DNA of 64,000 bases from Oscillospiraceae bacterium (GCA_902774035.1 CACYHA010000016.1:798-64797); one strand, 5' to 3'. Numbered from the stretch's first letter, positions 35,811 through 45,398 are shown. Program-made: numbers and translations. Notes: generated from the letters alone by a model not told the origin.

Positions 35811-36161
35811 ATGACACAGACCAGCAAACGCATTGTGCGGAAAAAAGCCGGGGCGCTGCTCAAATCGCGCGTTTCGGATTATCTTGAACATCGTGTGGAG
35901 AATTCGACCGTGTCGAAGGTCACGAAGACGGTCACGGCCAGGGCTGCGGCAGTCGTTGACAGCGCAGATCAAAAGGTGCAGAGCCTGCGGAAGGTCAAAC
36001 GCATTTTTGCGGGAATTCTTGCTTTCGGCGGTTTGGCTGCGGCGGCGTATCATAAACTCAACAAGCTCTACAGCTATGTGCCGAAGCTGAAAAACGCCAA
36101 CGACAAGGTCGCTTCTTTGACCGGCGTGGACATTGCGTCGAAGATCCTGCCGCAAAAATGA
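35811..36161 (+). CDS. Hypothetical protein with one TM segment (116 aa)
   Basis: ORF with the hydrophobic stretch IFAGILAFGGLAAAAY. 12-nt gap to the previous ORF. Confidence 0.45.
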   Translation: MTQTSKRIVRKKAGALLKSRVSDYLEHRVENSTVSKVTKTVTARAAAVVDSADQKVQSLRKVKRIFAGILAFGGLAAAAYHKLNKLYSYVPKLKNANDKVASLTGVDIASKILPQK

Positions 36162-36371
36162 TCTGCAAAAAAACTTGATGAAATCGGCGTTTTCTCAAAA
36201 ATACGCCGAGGGCGAAAACGTCGAGTCAAAGCAAAAAATCCTGCTTCTTTTGAATGAACACAAAGAAAAGAAAGCGCTGAAATCACAGAACCACTCTGTG
36301 AAAAGCGCTTTCTCTTTTTTTAGCTTGACGTTTTTCGTGAAATCCGGAAGCCCTTGATTTCTTGCCCGGAA

Positions 36372-37322
36372 TCAGAAGCCCATTGCGGAGAAGATATCCT
36401 TGAACGCTTCGGTGAGCTGTAAGGTCCAGTCGAGCTTCAGCGCGTTTCTGCTCTCCTTGGAAAGGCCGAGCACAAACAGCATCCGGTTGGAAAACACGGT
36501 AAGATCCTTGATCACGCTGGTGGCCTGCGAGGAGATGCTGGCGTCCGCAACGATGTTGTTGCCCTGATGTCTGGCGGCGATATCGCGCAGATCCTTTTCC
36601 TGGCCGTACCAGATGAGGGTGCGGATGGAGCTTTCCTTTGCCGCGCCGGTGGCAAGATCAATGTTGCCCAGACCGTATTCTGCGATCGTCAAAAAGTGGC
36701 GGCGGGAACCGTCGCTGACAAGGTTGGCGAGCAGGGAGGGCATCGGGAACAGCACGTGGGAGTAGTTGAACTCCAGGAACTTCAGGTGCTGCGTGTTGCA
36801 GAAGGCGAAGGGGCGAATGGACATGCATCTGCTTTCCATCGTGTATTTTTCGTCCGTTCTGCCCGCCGGATAATGGATCAGAGAAGTAACGGTGGAATCA
36901 TACAGCACGCCGTTTCTTTCCGCATAATCGGCGTTGCCTTCTTCCACAACGAATCTTTCGGCCGAGGTCAGAGCGCTGAGCGCCTTTTCAAAGAGATAGT
37001 AATCGCTGCCGGCGGCGTCGCGGTTGCGCAAAAGCGCATCCTTGGTCAGCTTGACGGTCTTCACCGCGCCGGAGATCTCGTTGATGTACTTCCAGAATGC
37101 CTTTTCGCTGTTGATGTAGTCGCCGGTGCCGCTGATGGTCAGCGTGCCGTTTTTGGCGTTGAAGGAAAGCAGGCGGTCAACATCTTCAAACTCATAGGGA
37201 ACGGGAAAATCCGTCTTTGTGCCTTTCGTTGCTTCGTCGGCGGCAAAAGCGACGCTTACTGTCCCGCAAAGCAGAAGAAGCGAAAGGATCATAGCGAGCA
37301 CGCGGGATATTTTACGGTTCAT
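36372..37322 (-). CDS. Secreted BspA-type LRR-like protein
   Basis: Signal peptide ..VSVAFA-AD. ..NGVLYDSTVTSLIHYPAG.. is typical of LRR_5 proteins. Confidence 0.65.
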   Translation of the reverse strand: MNRKISRVLAMILSLLLLCGTVSVAFAADEATKGTKTDFPVPYEFEDVDRLLSFNAKNGTLTISGTGDYINSEKAFWKYINEISGAVKTVKLTKDALLRNRDAAGSDYYLFEKALSALTSAERFVVEEGNADYAERNGVLYDSTVTSLIHYPAGRTDEKYTMESRCMSIRPFAFCNTQHLKFLEFNYSHVLFPMPSLLANLVSDGSRRHFLTIAEYGLGNIDLATGAAKESSIRTLIWYGQEKDLRDIAARHQGNNIVADASISSQATSVIKDLTVFSNRMLFVLGLSKESRNALKLDWTLQLTEAFKDIFSAMGF

Positions 37323-37568
37323 AATAAAACGCCTCCTTAAGAATTCCTGTCTATCATACTATATCGGTAAAAAAATGTCAAATCAATTTTTATAATTCCA
37401 TCGTTTTTTAGAGTAATTTTTAAAAAATGCGCGTATTTTTGAAAAAGATTATGGAAAACGAGCAAGAATCTTTTCCGTTGTCTATTGCATTTTTCAAAGA
37501 AATGGTATAAAATAACAAAGACCCTCTGCCCGTTGCAGAACAATCAACACAGAAAAGGATGATACACA

Positions 37569-39386
37569 ATGGCAAAACAGGAAAAAACCGCTGCCGAGCT
37601 CTATCGTGAGCAGCGCAAGGCGAGACTCGCAAAGGCGGCAAAGAAAAACAAGAAAAAGATGCTTACGCCGCAGGCGACCAAGCGCATCGGCAAGATCACG
37701 GCCGTGATCGTCGTTCTTGCGATCCTTTGCGTCATCGGCGCCGTCGCCGCGAGCTATACCGGCATCATCGAGCGCAACACGACCGTGGTTACCATCAACG
37801 GCGAAGCGATCAAACAGCCGGAGTTTGCTTATTACTATAACAACATTTATTCCATGGCCTATCAATACGCCAACTACGGTTATGTCCAGTATGACACGAC
37901 CAAGACCCCGGATGTGCAGGTCTACGGCGGCGAGATGGGCGAACTGAAGGACTTCCCCGAAGATCAGACCCCGATGTGGACGGACTTCTTTGCATACACC
38001 GCAAAGAACAACCTGAAAAGCATTAAATCCGGCGTGGCCGAAGCGAAAAAGCTCGGTCTGGAGCTGGACGAAGACGACCTGAAGTCTGTTCAGAGCAACA
38101 TTGACTCCACAAAGAGCAACGCAGAATCCAGCGGTTATTCCCTGTCCGCATATCTGCGCGCTTACTACGGCAAGGGCCTTTCCGAAAAACTCTTCCGCTC
38201 CATTCTGGAAGAGCAGCAGCTTTACAGCAAGCTCAACGACACCAAGGAAAAAGAATTGAAGGACGCCCTGAGCAAGGAGGACGTGCAGAAAGCCTTTGAC
38301 GACGGTTTGACCACCTACGCGGTCGCTTCCTTCCGTTCCTATAATGTCAACGCCGAGACCACCGTCAACGAGGAGGACGGCAGCGAAGCCGTCACCGACG
38401 AGACCCGCGCCGTCGCCAAAAAGCGCGCCGAAGCCATCATTGCCGCTTCCACGAGCGAAAACAACTTCCTTTCCGCTGTGCAGAAGGATGCGAACGCCCA
38501 AAAGGACGACACGAACTACCTGACGGACGACAACAGCACGCTGCATGAAAACGTCAGCTATTCCGACGCGCAGTCCGCGGTCTCCGACACCGAGTTCCTT
38601 TCCACGCTCTTCACAAAGAGCGTGAAGCCCGGCACCACCTATCTTGCCGAAGCCGAAAAAGGCTACACGGTCTGCTACATCCTGCAGGGCGCCCATGAAC
38701 CCGACGACACCGTGACCTATGATGTACGTCATATCCTTGTGAAATTCCCCGCGGACGAAGCGGACGACACCGCTGAGGAAACCGCCGAGGAAGCTGCCGA
38801 TGCCGAAACCGAGACCACCGAGGCCGCCGAAGAGACCGCCGAGGAGATTACGGTCGAAGCGCTCGACCTTTCCGCTTACGACGATGTGAAAGTCGCGCTG
38901 GATGTGGACGGCGAATCCGCCACGGACAAAGCGACCTATCAGAAGGCGCAGAACATCCTGAAGGAATACCTTGACGGTGAGCATACGGAAGACGCGTTTG
39001 CCGCCCTTGCCAAGAAATACAGCGAAGACAGCAACGCTTCCGACGGCGGCATCTATGAGGATGTCGCGGTCGGCCAGATGGTCGCGCCCTTCGAGGATTG
39101 GGCGCTGGCGAAGGGCCGCAAGGCGGGCGACGTCGGCATCGTGGAGACCCAGTACGGCTACCACATCATGTATTTCGTGAAGACGGATTCCACGCCCTGG
39201 GACGACACCGTGCGCAAAGACCTGGTTTCCCAGGATCTGAACGATTATATGCAGGCGCTTGCCGACAGTGAAGACTTCGCCGTCAATGTGGAAAGCCAGA
39301 AGGGCATCGACAAGGTGGAAGCTTCCATCGTGAAGCTTGCGCGCAACCAGATCCGCAACGCCGCCAACTCCTCCTCTTCCAATTGA
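37569..39386 (+). CDS. Membrane-anchored parvulin-type peptidyl-prolyl isomerase (PrsA/SurA-like)
   Basis: N-terminal TM segment. YDVRHILVKF ... GDVGIVETQYGYHIMYF rotamase motifs split by an acidic insert. Confidence 0.8.
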   Translation: MAKQEKTAAELYREQRKARLAKAAKKNKKKMLTPQATKRIGKITAVIVVLAILCVIGAVAASYTGIIERNTTVVTINGEAIKQPEFAYYYNNIYSMAYQYANYGYVQYDTTKTPDVQVYGGEMGELKDFPEDQTPMWTDFFAYTAKNNLKSIKSGVAEAKKLGLELDEDDLKSVQSNIDSTKSNAESSGYSLSAYLRAYYGKGLSEKLFRSILEEQQLYSKLNDTKEKELKDALSKEDVQKAFDDGLTTYAVASFRSYNVNAETTVNEEDGSEAVTDETRAVAKKRAEAIIAASTSENNFLSAVQKDANAQKDDTNYLTDDNSTLHENVSYSDAQSAVSDTEFLSTLFTKSVKPGTTYLAEAEKGYTVCYILQGAHEPDDTVTYDVRHILVKFPADEADDTAEETAEEAADAETETTEAAEETAEEITVEALDLSAYDDVKVALDVDGESATDKATYQKAQNILKEYLDGEHTEDAFAALAKKYSEDSNASDGGIYEDVAVGQMVAPFEDWALAKGRKAGDVGIVETQYGYHIMYFVKTDSTPWDDTVRKDLVSQDLNDYMQALADSEDFAVNVESQKGIDKVEASIVKLARNQIRNAANSSSSN

Positions 39387-39412
39387 TCTGATTATACCGA
39401 AACAACCGTGCC

Positions 39413-39446
39413 GCCGCAGAGAGCTTTCTCTGTGGCCCTTTTTTCG
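39413..39446 (+). terminator. Intrinsic terminator after the PrsA-like gene
   Basis: GCCGCAGAG / CTCTGTGGC stem followed by CCTTTTTT. Confidence 0.75.
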
Positions 39447-39450
39447 TCTC

Positions 39451-39477
39451 ATATTTTTCTTCCCCTGTGCATAGATA
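39451..39477 (+). promoter_or_regulatory. Sigma-E-like sporulation promoter upstream of yabP
   Basis: ATATT-N14-CATAGATA resembles the B. subtilis sigma-E consensus (ATATT-N14-CATACA-T). yabP-yabQ are sigma-E dependent in B. subtilis. Confidence 0.5.
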
Positions 39478-39498
39478 TGATCGCAAGGGGGTCATACG

Positions 39499-39774
39499 AT
39501 GGAGGATGAGCTTTCGCGCATCAAAGCACATCAGTTGATGCTGGAAAACAGGGAACGTCTGCATTTGACGGGCGTGACGGATGTGGATTCGTTCGACGAA
39601 ACGCGGGTGGTGGTCAACACCGAACTGGGCGAGCTGACGATCGGTGGCAGCGATCTGAATATTTTGAATCTCGACACGGAAAACGGAGCGTTGACGCTGG
39701 AGGGGCAGATCGTTTCCCTCTTTTATACCGAAACCGCGGCAGGGGGCGGCTTGTTTTCGAGGCTGTTCAAATGA
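39499..39774 (+). CDS. yabP: Sporulation protein YabP
   Basis: ..HQLMLENRERLHLTGVTDVDSFDE..VVVNTELGELTIGGSDLNILNLD.. is typical of YabP. Confidence 0.88.
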   Translation: MEDELSRIKAHQLMLENRERLHLTGVTDVDSFDETRVVVNTELGELTIGGSDLNILNLDTENGALTLEGQIVSLFYTETAAGGGLFSRLFK

Positions 39775-40292
39775 ATGCCGCAGTGCCAGGCGCAAAGCAG
39801 CTCTATGTGCTTGCGCTCTTTTTGGGGATCGGGTTTTTGCTCGGGTCGCTTTATGAACTTTGCCGTTTTTTCCGGCGGCTGTTTGTCGGGGAGCGCCCGG
39901 CGGCGGTGATGGCGCAGGACACCGTGTTTTGCGCCTTCTCGTTTTTTGCGCTCTTTTTTGCGCTGCTCGCTTTTTCCGACGGGCGCCTGCGTCCGCATTT
40001 GCTGCTTTCCGCCGCCGCCGGAGGGCTTGCCTTTCGTCTGACGCTCGGCCGTCCGGTGCGTCGGGCGCTGGAACGTCTGGAAAACGCCGTGGCCTGCGCC
40101 GGCGAACAACTGCTGCGCCCGTTTTTTTCGCTGTCCGGGCGGGTTTGCGCCTTGCTGAAAACCGCAGCCGAAAAGAAAACCGCCGCCCGGAAGAAAAGGA
40201 CGGAGCAAAGAAGAACGAAAAAAGAAAAAAGTTGCAAAAAAATGAAAAAAGCCTCTTGCAATCCCGGAAAAAAACAGTATAATAGAAAATGA
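39771..40292 (+). CDS. yabQ: Spore cortex biosynthesis protein YabQ with a Lys/Arg-rich tail
   Basis: 4-nt overlap with yabP. TM pattern FLGIGFLLGSLYELCRFFRR.. is typical of YabQ. Confidence 0.75.
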   Translation: MNAAVPGAKQLYVLALFLGIGFLLGSLYELCRFFRRLFVGERPAAVMAQDTVFCAFSFFALFFALLAFSDGRLRPHLLLSAAAGGLAFRLTLGRPVRRALERLENAVACAGEQLLRPFFSLSGRVCALLKTAAEKKTAARKKRTEQRRTKKEKSCKKMKKASCNPGKKQYNRK

Positions 40293-40333
40293 AATAATTT
40301 TGGAATCTTTGCATAGAAGAGGAGAGAGCGTCA

Positions 40334-40759
40334 ATGCCCAAAAAGCAAAAACACAGTGTGATTTTGATCCTTTTGCTTGCGGTGTTTGTGAGTGTGATCG
40401 CGGTTGCGTGCATTCTCAATTATTCCGCCGCTGCGCAAAACAACCGGGACGCTGCAAAGGCAGACAGGGAATACGCCAGAATTTCAAGAGAAAACAAGGA
40501 AAACAAAGACTTTTTGGAAAACGACGACCACAGCGAATACTACGAGCAGGTCGCGCGTGAACAATATGACTACGGCAAACCGGGTGAGCGCGTCTATTTT
40601 TATGAGACGCCGAATCTTGAAACAACGGATGATGCGGAATCCGAGGACGAAGAAACGTCTGAGGAAGAAACATCAGAGGAAGAGACAACGCAGGAAGAGA
40701 CGTCCGTTGTCGAACCGACAGAGGGCGTGTCATCTGCTCCCGATTCGTCGGAAAACTAA
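40334..40759 (+). CDS. divIC: Septum formation initiator (DivIC/FtsB family) with an acidic tail
   Basis: N-terminal TM segment, coiled region, ..VAREQYDYGKPGERVYF.. signature. Position after yabQ is conserved. Confidence 0.75.
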   Translation: MPKKQKHSVILILLLAVFVSVIAVACILNYSAAAQNNRDAAKADREYARISRENKENKDFLENDDHSEYYEQVAREQYDYGKPGERVYFYETPNLETTDDAESEDEETSEEETSEEETTQEETSVVEPTEGVSSAPDSSEN

Positions 40760-40778
40760 ACAGGAGGGCTTCCTTTTC

Positions 40779-41216
40779 ATGCTTGAAATCGGATCAGTCG
40801 TTGAAGGAAAAGTGAGCGGTTTGACGAACTTTGGCGCCTTTGTGTCTTTGCCGGACGGAAAAAGCGGCATGGTGCACATCTCCGAGGTCTCCACTTCGTT
40901 CGTCAAGGAAATTCGCGATGTTCTGCAGGTGGGGCAGGATGTGAAAGTCAAGGTGATCGGTATTTCCGACGAGGGAAAGATCAGCCTTTCCATCAAGCGC
41001 GCCGCAGAAGACGCCCAGCCCAGACAAAGACGTGCGCCCAGACGCGGCCCGAATGTCTGGCAGGGTCAGCAGCGCCCGAGCAGCGAGAACCTTTCCTTCG
41101 AGGATATGATGGCCCGATTCAAGCAGGTCAGCGACGAAAAGATGACGGATCTCAAGCATTCCGGCGATCCGAGACACAGCGGCGGTTCTTCGCGCCGCGG
41201 CGGCCGCGGTTCCTGA
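40779..41216 (+). CDS. yabR: S1 RNA-binding domain protein (YabR-like)
   Basis: MLEIGSVVEGKVSGLTNFGAFVSLPDGKSGMVHISEVS.. S1 fold. CAGGAGGG RBS. The track start at 40404 is unsupported. Confidence 0.85.
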   Translation: MLEIGSVVEGKVSGLTNFGAFVSLPDGKSGMVHISEVSTSFVKEIRDVLQVGQDVKVKVIGISDEGKISLSIKRAAEDAQPRQRRAPRRGPNVWQGQQRPSSENLSFEDMMARFKQVSDEKMTDLKHSGDPRHSGGSSRRGGRGS

Positions 41217-41356
41217 ATGCCGGCGAATTTCAATTGTCTTTTGCGCGGATTTCTTTCGCGCGCGCTGCAGCGTACAGTTGCCGATTGCTTCTGTATGCTG
41301 CGTTCTTGTTTTTGATTGTTCTGCTGAAATCCAACGACTGATAAAAGGAGAAGATC

Positions 41357-43237
41357 ATGAAAAAGAAAACGACAGCTTTGTTTCTTCTTTTGATCGCACT
41401 GGCCGCGCTTTGCTGCTTTGGCGCCGCGGCGCAGGATTCGATTCCCTACGCTGTGCTTTGCCGGGGCGAAGACGGCTGGGAAACCTGCATCGTGACGGTT
41501 GATTCGATCCCGCCCCAGACGCTGACAGACGGACCCGTGCAGCCGCCGCTCACGGTTTTGAAAGACAATGTGCCGCTCAGCGAAGCGCTCGATTATTCTG
41601 TCAGCTATTTTGACAATGATCTGCCGGGCGAGGCGACGGCGCGCGTCCTTTTCCGCGGCGATTTTTGGGGCTATATCGACATTGCGTTTGAGATCCGGCC
41701 GTTCGAAGTTTCCGTTCCGGAGATCGCGCCGATCCCGGATCAGGTATATTCCGGCGAACCCATTACGCCGGAGCCGGTCGTTTTTGTCGGAACGCAGTGT
41801 CTTACGTGCGGCGAGGCATACGCAGTCTATTACGAAAACAATGTGGACGTTGGTACTGCGCAGGTGCTTGTGGAAGTGTTCGGGGAAGAATCCCAATTTC
41901 TCAGCGCTGAGTTTCAGATCCTGCCCCGCGATGCCGCGACCCTTGCCCACAACGAGCTTTCGGCGCAGCCCTATACCGGTCTCCCTGCGGATCCGGAGCT
42001 TTGCTTCACCTTCGGGGATGTCACGCTCACGCAGGGCGAAGACTATACGCTGGAGTATTTCGACGATGTGGAACCGGGCACAGCGACCGTGACCGCAGCC
42101 TTTTTCGGCAACTATACCGGTACGCTTTCGCTGAACTATCAGATCCTCTTCGGCGAAGACCTTGTCTTGGAAGGCGAGGCCGCCTCTGACGGCGTTTTCC
42201 TTTCCTGGAACGCGCCGTACGGAACGACCTCCTTTCGTCTTTATCGCTTTGAGGAGGAGACCGGCGCCTATGCGCTGCTTTCCCATACGAAGGCCACCTT
42301 CTATCAGGACCGCAAGTGCGCGGAGCTGACGGAGTATCGCTATAAGCTCGTGTGCTACAGCAGAGTGAACGGCGCTCTCGTGCGCAGCCCGATCCGCACG
42401 GTCTGCGTGACGACCGGCCTGCGGCGCCCGAATCTGGCGCTCAAGACCATGAACAAGAAGATCAAGGTCGTCTGGACGGAAAACCCCAATGTGACCGGCT
42501 ATCTGCTGTATCGCTATGACGCCTCCACCGGGAAAGAGCGCAAGATCGCGAAGATCAAGGACCCCTCGATACGCAAGTATCTGGATAAGAACGTGAAAAA
42601 TGGCGTGAGCTACAACTACACCGTGCGCAGTTATAAAAAAGTGGACGGCGTCAATGTGTTCAGCGAATACAGCGAGGGCGTTTGTTCAACCTCGCCGAAG
42701 TCTCTGCTGGCCGGCGTGAAGAAGCAAAAGCTGACCTCCTACCCGATCTATAACGTGCAGGGAAAATCCACCCGTTATCTTTCCAGCGTGGAATTGTCCG
42801 CCGAAGATCTGAAGATCCTCGAAGACTTTGCGCAGACCCATTTCAAACGGAGCTGGACGGACGAACAAAAGCTGAAATACACCCTCGAATGGATCAATGC
42901 CGAAATCTATTACCCCTTTGGCAAGACGTTTGAAAAGATCTGTCAGGTTTCTCACACGGTCGCGATCTTCAAATACAAAAAGGGACAGTGCCTGCAGTAC
43001 AACGGCGCCATGTGCGCCATGATGACCTACCTCGGCTATCCCTCGCGTCTGATCATGGGCTACCGCGGAACCTGGGGCGGCGAGCGCTGGCAGCATTTCT
43101 GGGCGGAATCCGTTCTCAACGAAACCACCTATGTGCTGGAGACCGGCAACTACGGCCGCAGCGGAGACTGGATGTATTTTTTCAAGCCCTACAGCGAAAC
43201 CTTCGGATATATCAAGAATCAGGCAAACGTATCCTGA
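41357..43237 (+). CDS. Secreted multi-domain protein with a C-terminal transglutaminase-like cysteine protease core
   Basis: Signal peptide. Repeated beta domains. ..KKGQCLQYNGAMCAMMTYLGYPSRLIMGY..WQHFWAESV.. (Cys/His of the transglutaminase core). Confidence 0.75.
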   Translation: MKKKTTALFLLLIALAALCCFGAAAQDSIPYAVLCRGEDGWETCIVTVDSIPPQTLTDGPVQPPLTVLKDNVPLSEALDYSVSYFDNDLPGEATARVLFRGDFWGYIDIAFEIRPFEVSVPEIAPIPDQVYSGEPITPEPVVFVGTQCLTCGEAYAVYYENNVDVGTAQVLVEVFGEESQFLSAEFQILPRDAATLAHNELSAQPYTGLPADPELCFTFGDVTLTQGEDYTLEYFDDVEPGTATVTAAFFGNYTGTLSLNYQILFGEDLVLEGEAASDGVFLSWNAPYGTTSFRLYRFEEETGAYALLSHTKATFYQDRKCAELTEYRYKLVCYSRVNGALVRSPIRTVCVTTGLRRPNLALKTMNKKIKVVWTENPNVTGYLLYRYDASTGKERKIAKIKDPSIRKYLDKNVKNGVSYNYTVRSYKKVDGVNVFSEYSEGVCSTSPKSLLAGVKKQKLTSYPIYNVQGKSTRYLSSVELSAEDLKILEDFAQTHFKRSWTDEQKLKYTLEWINAEIYYPFGKTFEKICQVSHTVAIFKYKKGQCLQYNGAMCAMMTYLGYPSRLIMGYRGTWGGERWQHFWAESVLNETTYVLETGNYGRSGDWMYFFKPYSETFGYIKNQANVS

Positions 43238-43264
43238 AACAGCATCCGTTTTGACAAAACAAAA

Positions 43265-43307
43265 ACAGCGACGCTTCTCGGTGAAGAGAGCGGCGCTGTT
43301 TTTGTTT
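43265..43307. terminator. Bidirectional terminator between convergent genes
   Basis: CAGCGACGCT...AGCGGCGCTG stem with T/A runs on both sides. Confidence 0.7.
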
Positions 43308-43314
43308 GAATGGC

Positions 43315-43566
43315 TTATTTTGTGTAAAGCTTTCTGCCGAGCTGCAGCTTCTGCGCTTTTTTGCTGTTCGGGCAGCCGTAGTAGCACACATAGCCCGAGG
43401 GATCCGGCACATCCGGGCGCTCATAGGGCGTGGGATCGGGGAGCGACGGATCCGGAACGGTCGTGCCGTTCACAGGATCTGCGGCCTCGGTGGTGTCGGC
43501 TTCGGCCGGCTTGATGCGCAGCAACTTCAACAGCCAGGACCAGATGAACAAAAAGAACGAACGCAT
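43315..43566 (-). CDS. 83-aa protein: N-terminal hydrophobic helix, Pro/Asp linker, Cys-Tyr-rich basic tail; candidate substrate of the adjacent radical SAM enzyme
   Basis: MRSFFLFIWSWLLKLLRIKPAEADTTEAADPVNGTTVPDPSLPDPTPYERPDVPDPSGYVCYYGCPNSKKAQKLQLGRKLYTK. Strong AAGGAGGT RBS. 47 nt after the rSAM stop. The track ORF is over-extended. Confidence 0.7.
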   Translation of the reverse strand: MRSFFLFIWSWLLKLLRIKPAEADTTEAADPVNGTTVPDPSLPDPTPYERPDVPDPSGYVCYYGCPNSKKAQKLQLGRKLYTK

Positions 43567-43613
43567 AAAAATGACCTCCTTTGAAAAATAGGAACGATTG
43601 ATTGCTTGTAAGA

Positions 43614-45215
43614 TCAGGTTGCGGGAAGCTCCGGAACGATCAGCCTTGCCTGCCGCATCTCCCTGCCGAAATAGGCGCCCATGGTGCCTTCGGCCGGGTT
43701 GACGAGGATGCCGATGTATGCGCCGAAGCGTTTGAACATTTTTGCGTGGATGGCGTCGTCGCCTGTGCTGTATTGCAGCTCGCTTTGCACGGGATGGCTG
43801 TGGATGAACCCGAGGAACTTCATCGGCTGCCGGTTGCTGCATTCGCTGCCGGTCAGCGCGCGGTCGTCGCTGGCGTAATAGTTGCGGTTGATGATGTCCA
43901 GCTCGTGCATCACGGTGCGCAGGATCTTTCCGGTGAAGATCGCATTGTCCTCGGCCCGCAGCGCGCCGTCGCAGGGGATCACATAGCGCACAACGTCGGT
44001 GTTCCCGCAGGAAAAGCCGATCAGCGCCATCTGCTGTTCAAACATGGATTGCGGGTGCTTGCGCCCGAGATGGAAGTATTGCGCGACCGAGCGAAAGGCG
44101 TCCGGCTCCATCAGAACCTCCCGCGCATCGTTCGCGTCGCCGGAGATCTCAAAAAACGAAAGGTGCGCATACTGCCGGAACAGGGCCGATTTATAAAGCT
44201 GCACATCCGGCTGCTCCAGAAAATCGCGATAGCAGAACAGCGGCTCGCCGCGCTCAAAATCGAGCGTGTGCAGGGAATCGCCGCCGCAATCCGCGTGGTG
44301 GACGCAGCTTTTGCATTTCTCCGGCAGGGGACGGTGCCTGAAAAAGGAAAAGCGGTTTTTCCAAACGTCGCTGAAGCTGTCGGTCAGAATGTTGCCCTGG
44401 ATCAGCTCCGGCTGATGGGGCACGTTCGGGCAAACAAAGATGTCGCCGTTGAAGAGGATGGATGCACTGCAGATGCCGGCAAAGCAGTGAAAGCGCCGGT
44501 TGTCAAGCTGCGTTCCGAGAAAGTGCGGGCAGCCCCAGATGATCTTTGTCGGATTCGGGCCGCTGTTGATCCGGTTCGCCAAAGCGGTGAGATAAAGGAT
44601 CTCTTCCCGCGTCAGCAGCAGCTCTGTGTTGTCCAGTGCGCGGCCGATGGGATCCATAAAGCTGACCCGGATGGAATCCAGCCCGATCGGGCGCAGGATA
44701 TCGTATAGCGCCTCGAATTCATAGATGTTGCGTCGGTTGGCGGTGAACGTCACCTGCAGATGGTCAAGAAACCGGGCCGCTTTCAGCTTTTTGAGCGCGG
44801 TCATGATCCTGTCCCAGCACCCCGGAAGGTGCCGCAGGGAATCGTGCGTTTCGCGCAGACCGTCAACGCTGACCGTGACGGTCTTCATTCCGCTGCTTTG
44901 CATACGCCGGATGACCTCATCCGTGATTAGCGAACCGTTGGTGACCATGCCCCACTCAAAGCCCATGGCGGAAGCTTCAGTCATGATCTCGAACAGGTCG
45001 CGCCGCAAAAGCGGCTCGCCGCCGGTGATGTTGAGCATGGTATAAGTGCCGATGTGCTCCCGGATGTCGCGCAGAGCGGCAAGGATCTGCTCCCCGGAAA
45101 GCCTTTCTTCGCTGTGGATGTCGCATCTGCTGCCGCACTGGTCGCAGGCGGCGTTGCATTTTTTTGTGATCTCGATCAGCAGCGTATAGAGCGGGTAGGG
45201 CTCCTGCATTTTCAT
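43614..45215 (-). CDS. Radical SAM / SPASM enzyme fused to a C-terminal JAB (JAMM/MPN+) metallopeptidase domain
   Basis: CNAACDQC (C-x3-C-x2-C). SPASM CKSCVHHADCGG (C-x2-C-x5-C). C-terminal ..EQQMALIGF.. plus FIHSHPVQSELQYSTGD (H-x-H-x8-S-x2-D). Start at 45215 or 45209. Confidence 0.85.
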   Translation of the reverse strand: MKMQEPYPLYTLLIEITKKCNAACDQCGSRCDIHSEERLSGEQILAALRDIREHIGTYTMLNITGGEPLLRRDLFEIMTEASAMGFEWGMVTNGSLITDEVIRRMQSSGMKTVTVSVDGLRETHDSLRHLPGCWDRIMTALKKLKAARFLDHLQVTFTANRRNIYEFEALYDILRPIGLDSIRVSFMDPIGRALDNTELLLTREEILYLTALANRINSGPNPTKIIWGCPHFLGTQLDNRRFHCFAGICSASILFNGDIFVCPNVPHQPELIQGNILTDSFSDVWKNRFSFFRHRPLPEKCKSCVHHADCGGDSLHTLDFERGEPLFCYRDFLEQPDVQLYKSALFRQYAHLSFFEISGDANDAREVLMEPDAFRSVAQYFHLGRKHPQSMFEQQMALIGFSCGNTDVVRYVIPCDGALRAEDNAIFTGKILRTVMHELDIINRNYYASDDRALTGSECSNRQPMKFLGFIHSHPVQSELQYSTGDDAIHAKMFKRFGAYIGILVNPAEGTMGAYFGREMRQARLIVPELPAT

Positions 45216-45225
45216 CACCCTTTTT

Positions 45226-45254
45226 AATGTATCACAGATCGGCCGCGTTGTCAA
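45226..45254 (-). promoter_or_regulatory. Promoter of the rSAM-JAB operon
   Basis: Minus strand reads TTGACA-N17-TACATT. The predicted start site lies only about 4-10 nt before the start codons. Confidence 0.55.
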
Positions 45255-45398
45255 CCGGAAAAGCCGATCGTTCCGCCGAAAACCGCCGCTTTTCGTTTCG
45301 GAAAATCTTGGAAATTTTTGGCTGCAACCTGTAGACAAGCCGTTTTTTCCGTGATAAAATGACAGGGAAGACGGAATGAAAAATGAAGGAGAAATCAT

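Noticed and set aside
39283-40419. 378-aa minus-strand ORF and other ORFs overlapping yabQ.
   Set aside because: The plus strand shows the conserved yabP-yabQ-divIC order with a 4-nt overlap. The minus-strand translation is Arg/Pro/Ala low complexity.
16317-45215. Idea that the JAB domain of the rSAM fusion (about 43614-44070) processes the ubiquitin-domain protein at 16317-16544, as a bacterial ubiquitin-like system.
   Set aside because: The two loci are 27 kb apart in unrelated operons. No E1- or E2-like genes are present. The ubiquitin domain lacks a GG end and is internal to an exported protein, while the JAB fusion has no signal peptide.
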